In this document: positions 42,301 through 57,200 of the stretch, in pieces
Layout of the letters: the number at the start of each line of letters is the position of its first letter
Position numbering within the stretch: the stretch's first letter is position 1
Assembly: GCA_030141605.1 (NCBI GenBank)
Contig: JAQGDQ010000044.1
Span: 864,635 to 928,634 of the forward strand
Source of the DNA: Tubiluchus corallicola
Taxonomy: Eukaryota > Animalia > Priapulida
DNA length: 64,000 bases
Reading direction: 5' to 3'
The notes under the pieces: generated by a model
What the model saw: the letters and a program-made list of their open reading frames with translations, nothing else
Databases searched by the model: none
Told to the model about the DNA's origin: nothing
Made by a program: the position numbers and the translations under genes

Positions 42301-42590
42301 GTAATACATATTTATGGTAAAGTTTTTTCGTGTTAGGCTGCTTTAAAAAAATTTCTTATTGACAAATAAGAGAAATGCTCACCTACTATGCAAGCAATTA
42401 TTTAAGTCTTGCTAAAATTAATAAATGATCATGGCAGCAATTTATCGTTAAAAAAATTAACATTGTTAATACTAAATTACTAGCAAAATGAGCTTAACCA
42501 AGCCTAGCCCTAGGTGTCTGATATGAGAGTCGTCGTAAATACGCTGTCAACGCGTTGCCAAACGATCGGTTTTCCTGTTGAAGATATCCC

Positions 42591-43320
42591 GTTGTGGGAT
42601 GTGTGAAAAAGTGGGATGCATCGTGAGGGATATTTTAAATTTGAGTGATATAAACAAAATTGGTAGGTTTGCAATACAGATAAGGCTGAACCTCTTACAG
42701 TCAGTTATGATACTAGTGATTTATAATACAGAAACATGGAGTGAAGTAACAAAAGTAGAAATGGGTAGGATGGAAGAAATTCAGAAGGATATGTTACAAA
42801 AACTAGTAATTTATCACAGAAGGTGTCAACTAGTTATAGGGGTATGCTAATAGAACAGTGTACATAAGTATATACTGTAGGTATACACTTTGGGCATATT
42901 AAGACTCTTAAAAAGTTAACCTGGAAGAAACATGTAAAAGAAAACGTAAAAAAATTATTAAAATTACTGCACATCACCAGATATACTCAAGAACTAAGTT
43001 AAGGTTTTTATCTTATGAGCTGAGCACGATAAACCCAAGCAGTATATAACTGAGTTAACACTAGAACAGACAAAAAGGGTTTTAGAGATAAAGCTTAATA
43101 TGCTACCACTAAAATGTAATTATAGAAGTAAGTTTAAAGGAGATATATGGTGTCCGCTATATGGTAAAGACAGGATCTATTTAGATTGTTATAAGAAATG
43201 TGCTACCAACTACAGAAGTAAATTTCCAAAGTCTGATTGAGTCAGAAGATGCACAAATAGCAAAGCAGTAGGTGGAATTTGTTCAAATAGCAATGGAAAC
43301 AAGAAAAAGAAGAGGTGTCG
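42591..43320 (+). mobile_element. Degenerate LINE ORF2 C-terminal fragment (second copy ~56980-57700)
   Basis: IYNTETWSEVTKVEMGRMEEIQK and NMLPLKCNYR..WCPLCG resemble post-RT regions of non-LTR elements; many stops. Confidence 0.55.
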
Positions 43321-43649
43321 TGCTGGAAATTTAGCTACAATAATAATAGTCATAAATGGTTGATTAGCATCAATGCTGATTACGTTACTTGTGTCTTGCG
43401 CGGTAACATTCCTTTGTGCCTATCTAACCAGATAGAGTTAACACCGAGGAAACAACGAAACAACATGTGCTTACTGGAGAACCGCAACTGCCGCGACATG
43501 ACATAGAGGAAGTTGAGGAACTGCAAGATGTAAAATGTACAACAGTCGTCGTATAGAAAAATATAATCTTAAAGTGAACAATACAAAGACCAAAGAATAC
43601 GTTATACCCACTGCTAATTTAAACATCAACAATTCTTCCTAAATATCTT

Positions 43650-44290
43650 TTAATGACACAGATAAAGTCAAGGAATACATTATTTAAAAATGTGTATAGT
43701 TACCAGTCTCATGAAGAAGTGAAACAGCTTTGTACAAAAATGGGCAAATTTTCCAGGATTTCAAACATGTGGTGTAGATGAAATTGATAAAATGCATCTG
43801 AATTGCATATTAAAAGAATTTTGTAATAAACTTAAATCAATGTACAGAAAACTATTTTTTACAAAGCTACATAATGATCCTAGACACAGTGATGGCAAAA
43901 ACAAACTAAGATTTTATAGATATGTAAAAATCAATAATGAATTAGAAGATTATTTCAAAATTATTTCTAATGAGAAACAGCGACAAATGATTACGAAATT
44001 ACATAACAGCGAATATGACCTGGAAATAGAACGATTTAGATATCAAAATAAAAAAGGGCATGAAAGGCTTTGTCAATACTGTCACAACAATAGCTCAAAA
44101 TTAGTAGAAAACAAATTATATTACCTTTTTACTTGTCTTTTGTATAAAGATATTAGACAAAAATATGAGCATAAATATATCTTTGCAAAAAGGTAACATA
44201 TACTCAGTAATGTGGTTTTTTTCTAATTGCAAACCCAGAAGACCTTATTCACTTTGGAAACTGCTTAAATGAATGTGATAAAAAAGGCAG
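43650..44290 (+). mobile_element. Degenerate LINE 3' fragment with Cys/His knuckle (second copy ~58040-58680)
   Basis: NKLRFYRYVK..LEDYF..ITKL..LEIE..RY..ERLCQYC..VEN..YLFTCLLYKDIR. Confidence 0.65.
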
Positions 44291-45214
44291 TTATATCTTG
44301 GTGGTAATCTGTGAGTGCTGGATAAACCTTGTGCTGTGATTGTGTAATTTAATCTCGTTTGTGATTATATTAATTATTTAGGTTTTGTGTTTTTACTACT
44401 ACTTTGTAGTTGTAGCATAAAGTTTTATTTCGTAAGAGCACATAATTTCTTATTAGATTTAAGTAAGTTGTACAAACTCGTGGTTTTGCAATGTTGCATA
44501 ATTGCATCTGTATTTGTTGTTTTTCGTGTTTCTTGTACTTTGACTTTTTTGCAATTGTAATTTTTTGCCATGATACGCTATTGTATTTGTGCAATAGAAC
44601 AAAATTGAAATTGAAGATGCGGTAATGATTCGTGGAAAAGATGTAAATAACTTGGTAACTTGTAAGACACCGATGCCCACATACAAAGAAGGAAAATTCT
44701 TAAATTGTCTGCTTATTCACATATCTCAATGATTTTTGATAACAATAGACTTTCTCTTGAAACCAGAGTCCGGATTCTTTCAACTTTAGTTGAATCTGTG
44801 TTTTTGTACACTGCTGAGCTATGGACAATAAAAGTTAAGCAACAGAAGGACAGTTGATGCTTTTCGAAGACGTCTCTATAGGAAATTACTCGCAATTAAA
44901 TCGCCTGATAGAATATCCAATGATGATCTGTATAATGCAGTCAAGAAGATTCCTGGTAGTAGACAAATACAAGTAAGAAAATTGCTTTGGATTGGGCACA
45001 CACTAACAGTAAGATTACCTCCTCTTCCTATGGTATTGCATAAAGCTCTTGAAACGACAAAAAACCAAGAGGCTGTCAACTAGGCTGACGTATTTAGGTT
45101 TTTGGTACAGATTTATGATCTAACATGTACATTAGGCAATTTGATACAGACATCATACTATATTCAAAATTTGTAGCTGCATATTTGCCATTAGTTTCTA
45201 CTCAACAGACCAAG

Positions 45215-48200
45215 ATGACAAGTTTAAATAAGGGATGCACTTTGCCTTTATATGTGGTGGATGCTTTCACAAGCCAGGCATTTGCTGGAAATGCTGCTGC
45301 TGTATGTCTAGTGTCACACAATCAGGTAAATTAATGATGATCTGTCATTAACAAACTTTTCGTCTTAATTTGTTTTCAGCTATTTTTATTGCACTGTTCT
45401 TCACTGCAAATAACTTGTGGTCCTGTAGCACAAACTCAGTCAATGTATGTGTCTTAATCGCACTCTTATTTATGTAAAGATATGAGTTTTTAACTACTAA
45501 CTGATAATGTTTTTGTTATTTATTTATGTGATTAACTCAATGAATTAACTGTGTTACAATAAATAAATCATTATATTATAATATTTAAATCGCAGGCTTG
45601 CATAATAAAAATCACTGGTTTATTTTTAGAAATATTGAAACAAATTTAACAAGTTAGTTGAAAACAAAAGTGTCCATTTAGTCACAGCTGAAATCAATTT
45701 GTAATCAATTAAACTTATAACATCAGTCATAATAATGTCAGGATAATGGTGACTGTGCCTTTAAGTTATGTTTGTATTTGGATCTATTATAATAGTAGGT
45801 GTTTTTCATGAAGATTTAGTATAATTTTAAGTGACAATTACAATGAGTATCAATGCAGAAAATGCATTTTGTTGTTGTTGTTGTTGTTGTTTCCGTTTCT
45901 ACGGAGGCTTTGTAGTTTCTTTCTGCAATTCGAATAGATATTCTGAGTATTATTTGAACTGTACAAAACAGGAGATATGTTATATGTTCAAAATCTATTC
46001 CAAACAGTCCGAAGGCTGTGTTGTTTTTATTAGTTGAATTGTGGTGTAATCTGCATTTCTTGGGTTATATTATTAAATGGCTGTAGACATTGTGATGTAT
46101 ATAGTCATTCGGTTATTCTATTTTAGGTAATCGACGATGCAAAAATGCAAAAAATTGCTTTCGAAATGAACTTGTCGGAAACCTGTTTCATTGCACTGCC
46201 AACAGAAAACGATTCGTTCAAGAATTCTTCCCGGTTTGGCCTGCGATGGTTTACCCCTGCCTGTGAAATCCAACTGTGTGGTCATGCCACTCTTGCTGCT
46301 GCCACGGTGCTTTTCTCTTGTGTTGGTAAGTTTGCTAAGCAGGACAGAAATGTAAATCTAGAAGCTGAACCTGAGTCAGTGCTACTACATCAGCTGACAC
46401 TCACAGTAAATCAGCCAGCTGGAGTTCACCATTAAGAATGACAGATTTTGATTCTTATGTCCTGCAGCAACAATTTAGCGTTAGTTTGAATAGTTTTATT
46501 TGTGAACTGGCTTAAGTGATTCGACAGCACACCCCTTTATATGCCATATATCTCTCTATATCTCTCATATTTTATGTACTCACAATGTTAAAAAAAATCT
46601 CCTGGCTTATAATCTGGCAACTCTAGCAATGGATTTATTGCAAATATAATTTAAATCCAACCCTTGGCAAGGCTTATCTGGATTACCAACAAATCAATAC
46701 TAAAATACCAAAATGATCCAATACGTGTGGCTAATGTTGCCTATTTGTGCATTTTATTTAATTTTGAATTGACTGCTTTCTCATTCAAATATTTCTGAAG
46801 TTTAGTATCTCTGCCAGCACACGTACAATATGACCGCATTGCGACCAGTGATTTCATCATCATCATAAGCCCGTTATGTCAATTGTAGACATTGGGCAGG
46901 CAGAACTCTAAAATAAAAGAAATCTGCCCTCAAAACAGGTAAACACAGCAGTAATCTAGCAAAAAAACTGGACACTGCTATGCCAGTGACTTGTTCGCAA
47001 GAGCAAAAATCTTCACAGCTGGCAAAAATGTCAGCTACCTCGACTTCCGTCACCGAGCGGCTGGCACGACTAAAGCTGGGTTTCTTATCTGCTAGGTCGC
47101 CTGTAGAAATAAACCGACTGGAGCTGAGCTGAAGCGGTATGGCTCTGGCTTCTATGTCGATCCCTTAAGTATTTTTCACGTTGTCTTGAAAATCAGGGAG
47201 TTTTTATTTGCCAACCTAATACCAAACGAATTCACTGTGAATTTATTTGTGTGCTAATGCGTTTACTTCAAATAAGCTTCCATGCAGTTTTGCTTTTTTT
47301 CTTCTATTGTTTTTTTAGATTGTGTGCCTTTTTTGCATTTTAGGACTTAAAGCATTCCGCTGTTTTCAGTTCTCATCATATTTGGCATTTTCTTAGGAGA
47401 CTGTCAGCTTTCCCTTCTTTTCATCTGCACTTTAAAAAATTGGAAAAGGAAAATAGTGCCTGTTAACCATATTCTAAACCATATTCTATTCCAATAATGA
47501 AATTACAATTAGGCATTGCAATATTTGATTGTATTGCTAATCCACTAATGCTACGATTAGGCTCTAAATATTTGTGAAATTGATAATCATTATGATAGGG
47601 GGGTCTGAAATTAAAAGGCAGCTAGTGAATATATCTACAGCTATGTAAATTATTACAGGTAACGAATTTACAGAGATTACATTTGATACGCTAAGTGGAC
47701 CACTTGTTGCCAGAAAAAAAGAGGACAATTTTATTCTGCTAGATTTTCCTGCTAATCCAACTATTAGTGTTAACAAGGAAAATGTTAAAGATCTTTTAAA
47801 GGTACCTACTGTTTTGAATGACCTGTAAAACAAGTTTGCCTGGGTTTTTGTTGTAAGTAATTTTATCATTGAAGCTTTTAGCAGGTAGGTGGTTGACAGT
47901 TTGGAAGACATTCTGACGCCTTGGTATATTTATGTATTTTAGGAAATTTCCGGCGTTACTTGTTTTAACTGTGTGTGCTGGCCATGTTTTTCAAATGTAT
48001 CATATGGGCTGTTTTTTTTTGGCCAATAGCTAAATTGCATCTTTGCACAGACTTTTTTGAAGGCATATTACTTAGTATTATCTTACTTGTATTACTTAGT
48101 ATTACGCTTTCTTGCCTGCAATACTCATGTAAATAGAAAAGACACATTTTCTAGCTTTATGTAAGTAAAGGGCTTTCTTGCCTTTTATGACAATTTTTTG

Positions 48201-51200
48201 GTGTTTTAATTAATCCTATTCAGTTTTCGAATTTGCCTGAAGAGGGGAGACAGCATGAGAGGAACATGGAAACTATTCAAAGGTGGGATGGGGGTGGGGG
48301 GGTGGGGGGTTACAGTAATGGTGGCAGTGAAGCACTTGCTGTTACTTTAATGTTTCTTTTTACTGGCTGTTACACACACGTGCATGCACGCACGCGCACA
48401 CACACACCCACACACACGCACTGTTACATAATATAGTAAAATATATCATATCACTCTTTTCGGTGATTCTAGATTGCATAGCACTCCTACAATAGGACTA
48501 GTTGAAGTTTAGCAAACAACTATCACAATTACTAACCTGACATTCTGTGCATTAAATTTAGAAATCCACAGATTAAAGATACGAGACAATGCCGCTATGA
48601 TAAAACTAAGGGTGCATTCAGACTAGCGAGTTTTCTGTTGGGAGTTTTTCTCTAACACCAAACTTGCAAGTGTGAACTGCTTTGCGAGTTACTATCGACA
48701 AGTCATTGCACACTTTCAGACAGTTGCTACGAAATGATTTCCTGTTTAGTGTGAACAGTCTCAGCGAGTTACTCTTGACACGGCTCCCAGTGAATAGAGG
48801 AGGAGTATCAGCTGGTGCTTACTTCATGTTGGAGAATTTTGTTCTTTAGTCTGAACGTGCTTGCGAGTTACTTGGCGAGAAAATTTGTTAGTATGAATGC
48901 TTCATTACTCTCAAAAGCAGTGCGACAAAATATCAACATTCTTGCAACAGTCAAGTCATCTAAATTCTTCTTTGTAAAAAGTATTTTGGTCCGAACTTTA
49001 ATACACTGTAGAATCTTATGTGAATGTTTTTTATAATACAGGTACTTGTTGGAGATTTACCTATTGTTGATGTGGAGTATGCTCCTGTTATACAACAAAT
49101 GATTGTGTGTCTTCAAGATTCTGTGTCCAGGTGTGCATGTTGATAATTTTTTATTTGGTTTGTCGTGTGTCATTCGTTTTGCACTTTTCATTAGCTTTCA
49201 TGTTATTATACATACTATAAAATTGCTGCAAATTGTACAAATCTGCAATTAATCTCTATTTCTATGAAGTGTGTTTGTGTATGTTTGTTTATTTGTTTGC
49301 TATAAAGTCCTGTTTTACTTATTTAACTTCAAATTTGGTCTATTAAGTTGCTAATACATCACACTCCCCATTGAATTATGGGATATGTACAGTTATGTGT
49401 AGAAATCAATTAACAAAAGCTGAAGACAGTCTACTTTTTAACTTTTGGCAGGAGCTCTACTTACATGAAAAAGAATTTAAAATACACTATGTTTCAGTCC
49501 ATTGTTGGGTTCAAATTCTGATTGGATGAAAATTTTTCATTGTCTCATTCTTCATTCATTAGTCATTGATGTTATTATTGTTGTAAGTATAAGGCTTCAT
49601 GTGTGTGTGTGTTTTACCTTCAGGTAAAAGGAAAAAGTTATGTGAGTAGCAAGTACATGTTTGCTGCATGTCTGGTGCTCTTAGCATTGTGCTAAAATGT
49701 GTTATTTTTAGTCTACTTCTTTTGTAATCTTTGCTGTGCTGCTTGTGGTTGTATTGTACAGTGTCCAGAAAGGTAATCCCCCACTTTGCCAGTTATCTTT
49801 TTGCCAGTCTACTTTTTCACCAGTCTACTTTTTTGCTAGTCTACTTTTTTGCCAGTCTACTTTTTCGCTAGTCTATTTTTTGCCAGTTTTCTTTTTCGCC
49901 ATTCCACTTTTTCACCTCTCCACTTTTTCGCCAGTCTTCTTTTTTGCTAGTCTATTTTTTGCCAGTTTTATTTTTCGCCATTCCACTTTTTCGCCAGTCT
50001 TCTTTTTTGCCAGTTTTCTTTTTCGCCAGTCTTCTTTTTCGCCAGTCTTCTTTTTCGCCAGTCTATTTTTTGCCAGTCTACTTTTTCGCCAGTCTACTTT
50101 TTCGCCAGTTTTCTTTTTCGCCGGTCCACTTTTTTGCCAGTCTTCTTTTTTGCCAGTTTTCTTTTTCGCCAGTCTTCTTTTTCGCCAGTCTTCTTTTTCG
50201 CCAGTCTATTTTTTGCCAGTCTACTTTTTCGCCAGTCTACTTTTTCGCCAGTTTTCTTTTTCGCCGGTCCACTTTTTTGCCGGTCCACTTTTTCCCCGGT
50301 CCACTTTTTCCCCGGTCCACTTTTTCGCCAGTCTTCTTTTTGCCGGTTTTCTTTTTCGCCGATTTTCTTTTTCGCCAGTCTTCTTTTTCGCCAGTCTACT
50401 TTTTCGCCATTCTACTTTTTTGCCAGTTTTCTTTTTTGCCAGTCTTCTTTTTTGCCGGTCCACTTTTTTGCCAGTCCACTTCGTTAGGTTAATAATGATT
50501 AACAATGAAGACTTGACGCTTTAAATGCTTTGTGAACGGAAGATATAAATCCTACAGAGCGTGCCATATATCACTGGATTTGCACTGAAATGATGAATCT
50601 GATGCACTGTGCCAAAATCGCGAGTCCAATCGAAAATTTAACATTCAGAATCTGCTGTTATTTTCATTCTGAGATGTTTAGTTTCCGAGATATGCACCTT
50701 TTTGGAATAACTTAAAAATATACATAGCTAGTCCACCAAATTTAGTATGCTTGTAGTTAGGGTAGAGGGCCACCTCAGGTTGTGACCCTGTGACCCTCCT
50801 GAGTTATAACCCAAAAATCATCAAAAGAGGTCTATTTTTGAGAAATAGTTACTCCTGCAGGAAGCGCCATCTATTCAAACGAAAAAAAACATGAAAGTAC
50901 TATGCCTTGGCTATCAGTAACTTGCTTAGCTTTGTCGAACACTGAACCATTGCCCTTTTACAATGCCACAAACATGCCATTGTCTGTATAATGCTTAATA
51001 TACTTAACATATACGACAGTTGCAAAGATTAGTATCTTCAATACTAATGAATAAAAGTATCATCACCATGTTCGAATGCATATACATTGTACGTTCTTTG
51101 TCACTCAGGTTAATAGTGAGTGGGGGCAACCGGCAACCAGTTTTTTAAATGACTATCAATTCATTTAGTGAGCAGGTCCCATGTTGCTTAATTTTGCAGC

Positions 51201-54200
51201 TAATGACACACTGTGAGCAACAAGCTAATTCTGTCATTCATGATGAAGCAATAAAGATACATTTATTTTCAGGGAGATGTTGGAGGCAAGAGCACCGGAT
51301 AGTTTTGCTCTTCCTGCAGCTAACACGTCCCAGATGAAACTGCACGGTGTCCACTTGACGGTTAAAGCTCCGGCCGACTCCGGCTACGACTTTTATTCCC
51401 GCTGTTTTTTTCCCTGGGATGGACTGCTTGAAGATCCAGTTTGTGGTAAACAATGTGCATTGTTTATGTAAGAATGAATGGACATACTATTTAAATATAT
51501 GAATTAATTATAATTATCTTTGCTTTAAAGTAAAGCTAAACAAAAGAAATTATGTTTATTATTCAACCGTCAGTTGCTACCACACCAGCTGACTCACACA
51601 GTAAATTAGCTAGCTGAGTAAAAAGTTAAAAAGAGCTTCTGGGGAATGTTCTCGATGTGCTCCATTTTGCAGTGTCTATGTTTGCCAGTAAGTGGCGTAT
51701 CTACTGGTGTTCTTTTGTAACCGGGGCGAAAGACACAGGCAAGGTTTGGAGTGGAAAACAGATAGAGTATCGGCAGTGGGACTGATACAGGAAAGTTGTA
51801 GGGTGTGAAGAGAACCACCTAAACTGCAAGGGTGCCCAAATCAATACCAAAACACTAAAATGATCCCACACGTGTGTCTAACGTTGCATATTTGTGTGTT
51901 TAATTTTGAATTGACTGCTTTCTCATTAAAAAATTTTTCAAAGTTAGTATCTCTGCCAGCACACGCACACAGTATGACCACGAATCCATACTGCATTTGC
52001 CATATTTCACCCAGTGATTTCGTCATCATCACATGCCCGTTATGTCAGTTGTAGACATTGCGTAGGCAGAACTCTAAAATAAAAGAAATCTACCCTCAAG
52101 ACAGGTAAACACAGCAGTAATCCAGCAAAAACTAGACACTGCTATGGCAGTGGCTTGTTCGCAAGAGCTAAAATCTTCGCAGCTGGCAAAAATGTCGGCT
52201 GGCTCCACTTCCATCTCTGAGCAGCTGGCGCGACTAAAGCTGCGTTTCTTATCGGCTAGGTCGACTGTAGAAGTGAATTGCCTGGAGTTCAGCTGAAACG
52301 ACATGGCTCTGGCCTCTAGTTTTAAGATGAAGATTAGTTTTAGTTTTGTTCTGTTTTAGTCTTACATTTTCTGTCTTAAGTCTGACTGAAAATCACTATG
52401 TCACTGAAGGAGTTGCCAGTTTTATGGTTTTTCTGTTCTAGTGCAGAAGGACTAATGTGGTAATAGTTCCAGTGAATAAAGTATACATTGTAGGCCTGAT
52501 TTTCAAAAACATGAAATGTTTTTTTCAAAAACATGAAAAGCCTATCTTAATTCATTATGTTTGCATGTTTAAAGTTTGCAATGTTTGATGCCAGTAATCT
52601 TCAACTAATTTCTGACTATGTTAGGGTCGGCTCACACTGTATTTGGTTGTTACTGGCAAAAAGTGCTGGGAAAATCAACTTTTCAAGGTAGGATAATTTG
52701 GTGCTTTATGACGTTTATTGTAATTTAACTTATGATGCTTATTCGTTTATGATCTGATTTTGTGTGTTTTTCAGTATGTCAGTAGATCTCAATTTAAATT
52801 CTGTGCAAGATTATTACCATGCTGACAAAGAGCGATATAGGTTCGATTTACTTAATATTGTGCAGCACACTGTAATTCAATGTGTGTAAAGTCCTCGAAA
52901 GGTTAAAAAATGAAAATTTCCAGCCATTGTAAATAACTGTATCTTAATTGACACAATTTTTCACAAAAAATTACAGAATGCTAGAAAATATAATTGTTAT
53001 TTTGAACAATATATATTTTTAGTGGCCAGTCACAAAGTATAATTACTGCCCTGCAATACCATATCACATAGACTTGTGCAGCATATGTTACCGGAACAGT
53101 ATCTTGCTTAACCCTTTTACCGCCTCCATGATGTACTATTATGTCTATTTTTTGAACTGGCTTATGCCTATTTGACATACATATTTATCATTAATATCTA
53201 GCACTCCATTTAAACTCTGGCGAAGTGTATTATCGCTTAGTCTAGTACGTTTAGACAGCTAGCAGGGCCCAGCACAGCTCCAGGAATATGTGTGAACTGA
53301 GTTTGACCTTATTTCCTTGGCTACATAGCACATCTGCTATGTACATATATGTCTTCGACTGTGAGTTCTGCATCATTTGAAATTTGCTGTTTTTGCACAT
53401 TTGTATTATTATTAATAATAATCTTTTATTCGTATAAAAATTTTTATACAGCAATGTAGTTTTAGTATAAATAATTAATACAATGAAAAATAATTTTTGT
53501 TAGTAATTAAAAAACAAGAGATTTAGAGATTTTAAGACAATTTTCAGCAAAAAGTTTAAAGATTTGATAGTTTTGTAGGTTTTAATGCATATGCACACTC
53601 TCTTACTTATTTTCCAGACGATGGACCTATATATATATGTTCTAAACATTCTTGGTAGATATATAAAAATGATCTGTAAAGGGATTATTATTCTTGTACA
53701 CAATTCTACGTGATTTTAGGGCTTTTGGTTTTTGCATGTATTTTACTTTTGATAAATGTATACCAAAACAAATATGTTATTAATTGTGACTTGCACAAGT
53801 TGATTTTCGGGCTGAATTTAGGTGCTGAAGCTGTTTCACTTGCATGACATTATAATTTTGCTTTGGAGGTTCATTTATTGATCTAAATTCAGTTTCATGT
53901 GCAGTTTCATATCACCATATTGCCTCATTTGCAAATAAATATAAAACATAAACAAGTAAGTAAATATATAGGCCTAATAAATTTCCGTGAATGAATGTAA
54001 TGATTGATTGAATGAATGAATGAATGAATAGGTGGGTGCATCATTGATTTTTATTTCGCTTGTTGAAATCATCTCTTTGTTTCTTATGAACAATACCAAA
54101 GTAAAGTTGCAAAGTTGTTATTTTGTCATGTGCTTTGTGCGTTTTTGTAGCTCGTCAGTGCTCAAAAAGAGGAGGAGATGTCTACGTGAATGTACGAGAA

Positions 54201-54263
54201 GACAAAAGAGTCGAGATTGGAGGCAAGTCTGTAGTCATTATAGAAGGAAAGATCCATTTGTAG
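45215..54263 (+). CDS. PBLD: PhzF/PBLD-family protein, copy 2 (296 aa). Exons 45215-45325, 46127-46325, 47659-47801, 49042-49130, 51273-51445, 52625-52687, 54151-54263
   Basis: Same exon lengths as copy 1; canonical EMNLSET and LCGHAT; EDPVCGSAH; ends IEGKIHL*. Confidence 0.94.
49780..50482. repeat. Minisatellite of ~16-17 bp units (GCCAGTCTACTTTTTC-like), ~40 copies, in intron 4 of copy 2
   Basis: Direct reading; accounts for the Phe- and Lys-rich ORFs on both strands. Confidence 0.95.
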
Positions 54264-57200
54264 TCTAAATCATGGAATCGTACTTAATCTGATTGCTTTA
54301 TCACAGTGTTGCCATTCTGGTTGATAAAGATTATTGTTTTGGAGGCTAAAAATTATAGTATTTTCCACCATATTATCGCATTTTCATGCAAAATTCAAAA
54401 TTACTGTGTATTTGCAGCAAATTATTATTATCATTGTATAATTATGCATTTAATAAGTAACCATAACACCAAAAAGTACCATTAGCAAGTGTAAAATTAA
54501 GTTTATCAAAACACAATAGAATGTTGCTAATTCCTGCATGTGCAGAACGAAGCCTGATCGTTGTCATCATGGCCATTTGACAACTATGAATGGCCCCTTT
54601 AAACTGATTAACTGTAACTGCTTCCCTTTGAGGTAAACCATTCCACAGATCCTATGACTGATAAAAAATTTCGTAATATAAAATTTATTCTTTAATTTTT
54701 ACCGTTTGTTAAACTACTCTCTTTTGAAATTACTGCTGTTTTCTGAAAACTGTTACCACTAATTTGCAACCAGCATGGTTTGAACTACAACAAAATCAAA
54801 ATTTATTTACATTTCCACGGTAAGCAGTAATGTATTTTCATATCTAAATTATCCTGTAATTATCTGTTATCATACAGTCTGTTTTTTTGTATGGTATGAA
54901 GCATCAAATTATCGTATATTCGAATAAATTTCATATAAAAAGCAACCCTGTTTATCATTTTCATGTCAGGTAAGTGCTAGAAAATAGAACGAAGGTAGAC
55001 TGTAGCAGTGTGTAGTTAATATAAAAAAGAGTTCCTTTAAGGGAAAATAGAATGGTGTATAATGTTCTCTTATGATCAGTGATTATTTTATCATTTTTAT
55101 GTTTTTATTTAGAAATGCTCCTTTTAAGGGAAAATTAAAATAAGCTTTTAGCATGTAATGGACTGAGTGGAATTCTGAAATAGTGTTGTTCCCTATAATA
55201 ATTTTACAATTTTAGTCAAAGGATTATGTGCAGTTTTAATAGAAATATTATTTTATGTTCTATGCACTAAGTGGGATGGACGTTTTTGTTGTTGTTGATA
55301 TACACTATCTTTTCTCTATATACCAGCTAGAACTACACCACTATTGTTATGCATTTGGGAAGTTTTACTTATGGACCAAAGTTGACCTTGCCTTTTTTGC
55401 CCATTTCTGAAGTTAATTATTGTAGGTTTTATATTTTAGAATTTAAATGTGCCACATTGTTCCTTTATTAGGGTAGAGGATTGAGTAATATTTTATCAAT
55501 TGTGCCAAATAAATTATCTTGTTCTCGCTTAAAGCGGCTTAGGACTATAATAATGGTGGTTATATGCGCCATGCAGTTTCTATATTTGAATGAAAATACA
55601 GCATTATTTTGTTAATTGTGCCAAATGAGTTAATACGTTTCTGCTTAAAGTGGATTATCAAGTTACTGCTGTGTTATTTGATTACAGTAATTTTTGTGGC
55701 TTTATAAATCGTGGACCAAGTCCACATTAAGATGAAATTATATTTTTTGTAAACAGGATGAAACAGGATAGGAAATAAGTTAACAGGTTTCTGCTTAAAG
55801 CAGATTACCAAGTTACAGATGCACTAAGCTATACTTTTTGATTACAGTCATATTTATAGCTGTATAAATCGTGGATTGAATAATTAAAATGAAATTATTT
55901 TCGTTTCTTTAATGAGATTATTCTTGTTTATTTAAACTTTAACTATGTTTCTGTGTTACAATAAATGAACTCAAAGCAGAAAATGCAGTTCCTTATATGT
56001 TTAAATTCCTGGCAAGAATAAGGGGGCATTTTATAGTACAATTCTAATGTTGTATATGTTAGATATCATGAAGCAATATCAATTTATCAGAATAGCTCAT
56101 TGCCACACACTTAAGATTTCTGGAAGTCAGTGATCAAAAGTTATATTACTGCATATTTTATTTAATAAAAACTTTAATTTGCAAACAATATGCAGCCAGT
56201 AATATGCTAGAATCTTGCTTGTTTCTCTTGTCACATCAAACTCGCATGTACACAATCTCTAAGAACACTTAAATTGTTGCATGAGGTCTGTCTCAACAGT
56301 AAGAACAGCTACATGTGGGAGTTTTCTATATAATAGCTTACAATAACTGTACGATAAAATGATTTACTATTACCAGTTGACAGAGTACCACAATGTATAG
56401 AAATGAACAAGTGAACTCATAAGATATCATACTAAGTGCAGGTGATGCTACTCATTGTATAATAAATAAAAATTGGAAAAAGTCAAAAAGTTGATAAATC
56501 TTGTTGCTGTCTCATTTGATGTGACTTATCAAATGCACTTTCACTGTTTCCTTCATGCACTTTACTTAATCACAGCCTCTTTTTGTTGTTAGCTGATGTT
56601 ATTTTTCCGTAATTTGTTGTGATTTTTGTTATACAGTCATGCAATTTGTTTTGTTTTTTTACAGAAGAAGTGGTAGTTTGTTAACATTCTACTTTATTTA
56701 ATCTCATTTTAGGTGTCTGTTTATGTGCATAATACATATTTATGGTAAAGTTTTTTCGTATTAGGCTGCTTATTGACAAATAAGAGAAATGCTCACCTAC
56801 TATGCAAGCAATTATTTAAGTCTTGCTAAAATTAATAAATGAACAATCACAGCAATTTATCGTTAAAAAAATTAACATTGTTAATACTTTTGTGGTGTGT
56901 GGTGTCTGATATGAGAGTCGTCGTAAATACGCTGTCAACGCGTTGCCAAACGATCGGTTTTCCTGTTGAAGATATCCCGTTGTGGGATGTGTGAAAAAGT
57001 GGGATGCATCGTGAGGGATATTTTAAATTTGAGTGATATAAACAAAATTGGTAGGTTTGCAATACAGATAAGGCTGAACCTCTTACAGTCAGTTATGATA
57101 CCAGTGATTTATAATACAGAAACATGGAGTGAAGTAACAAAAGTAGAAATGGGTAGGATGGAAGAAATTCAGAAGGATATGTTACAAAAACTAGTATTAT

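Noticed and set aside
49736-50524. Phe-rich and Lys-rich ORFs on both strands
   Set aside because: Stop-free translations of a minisatellite.
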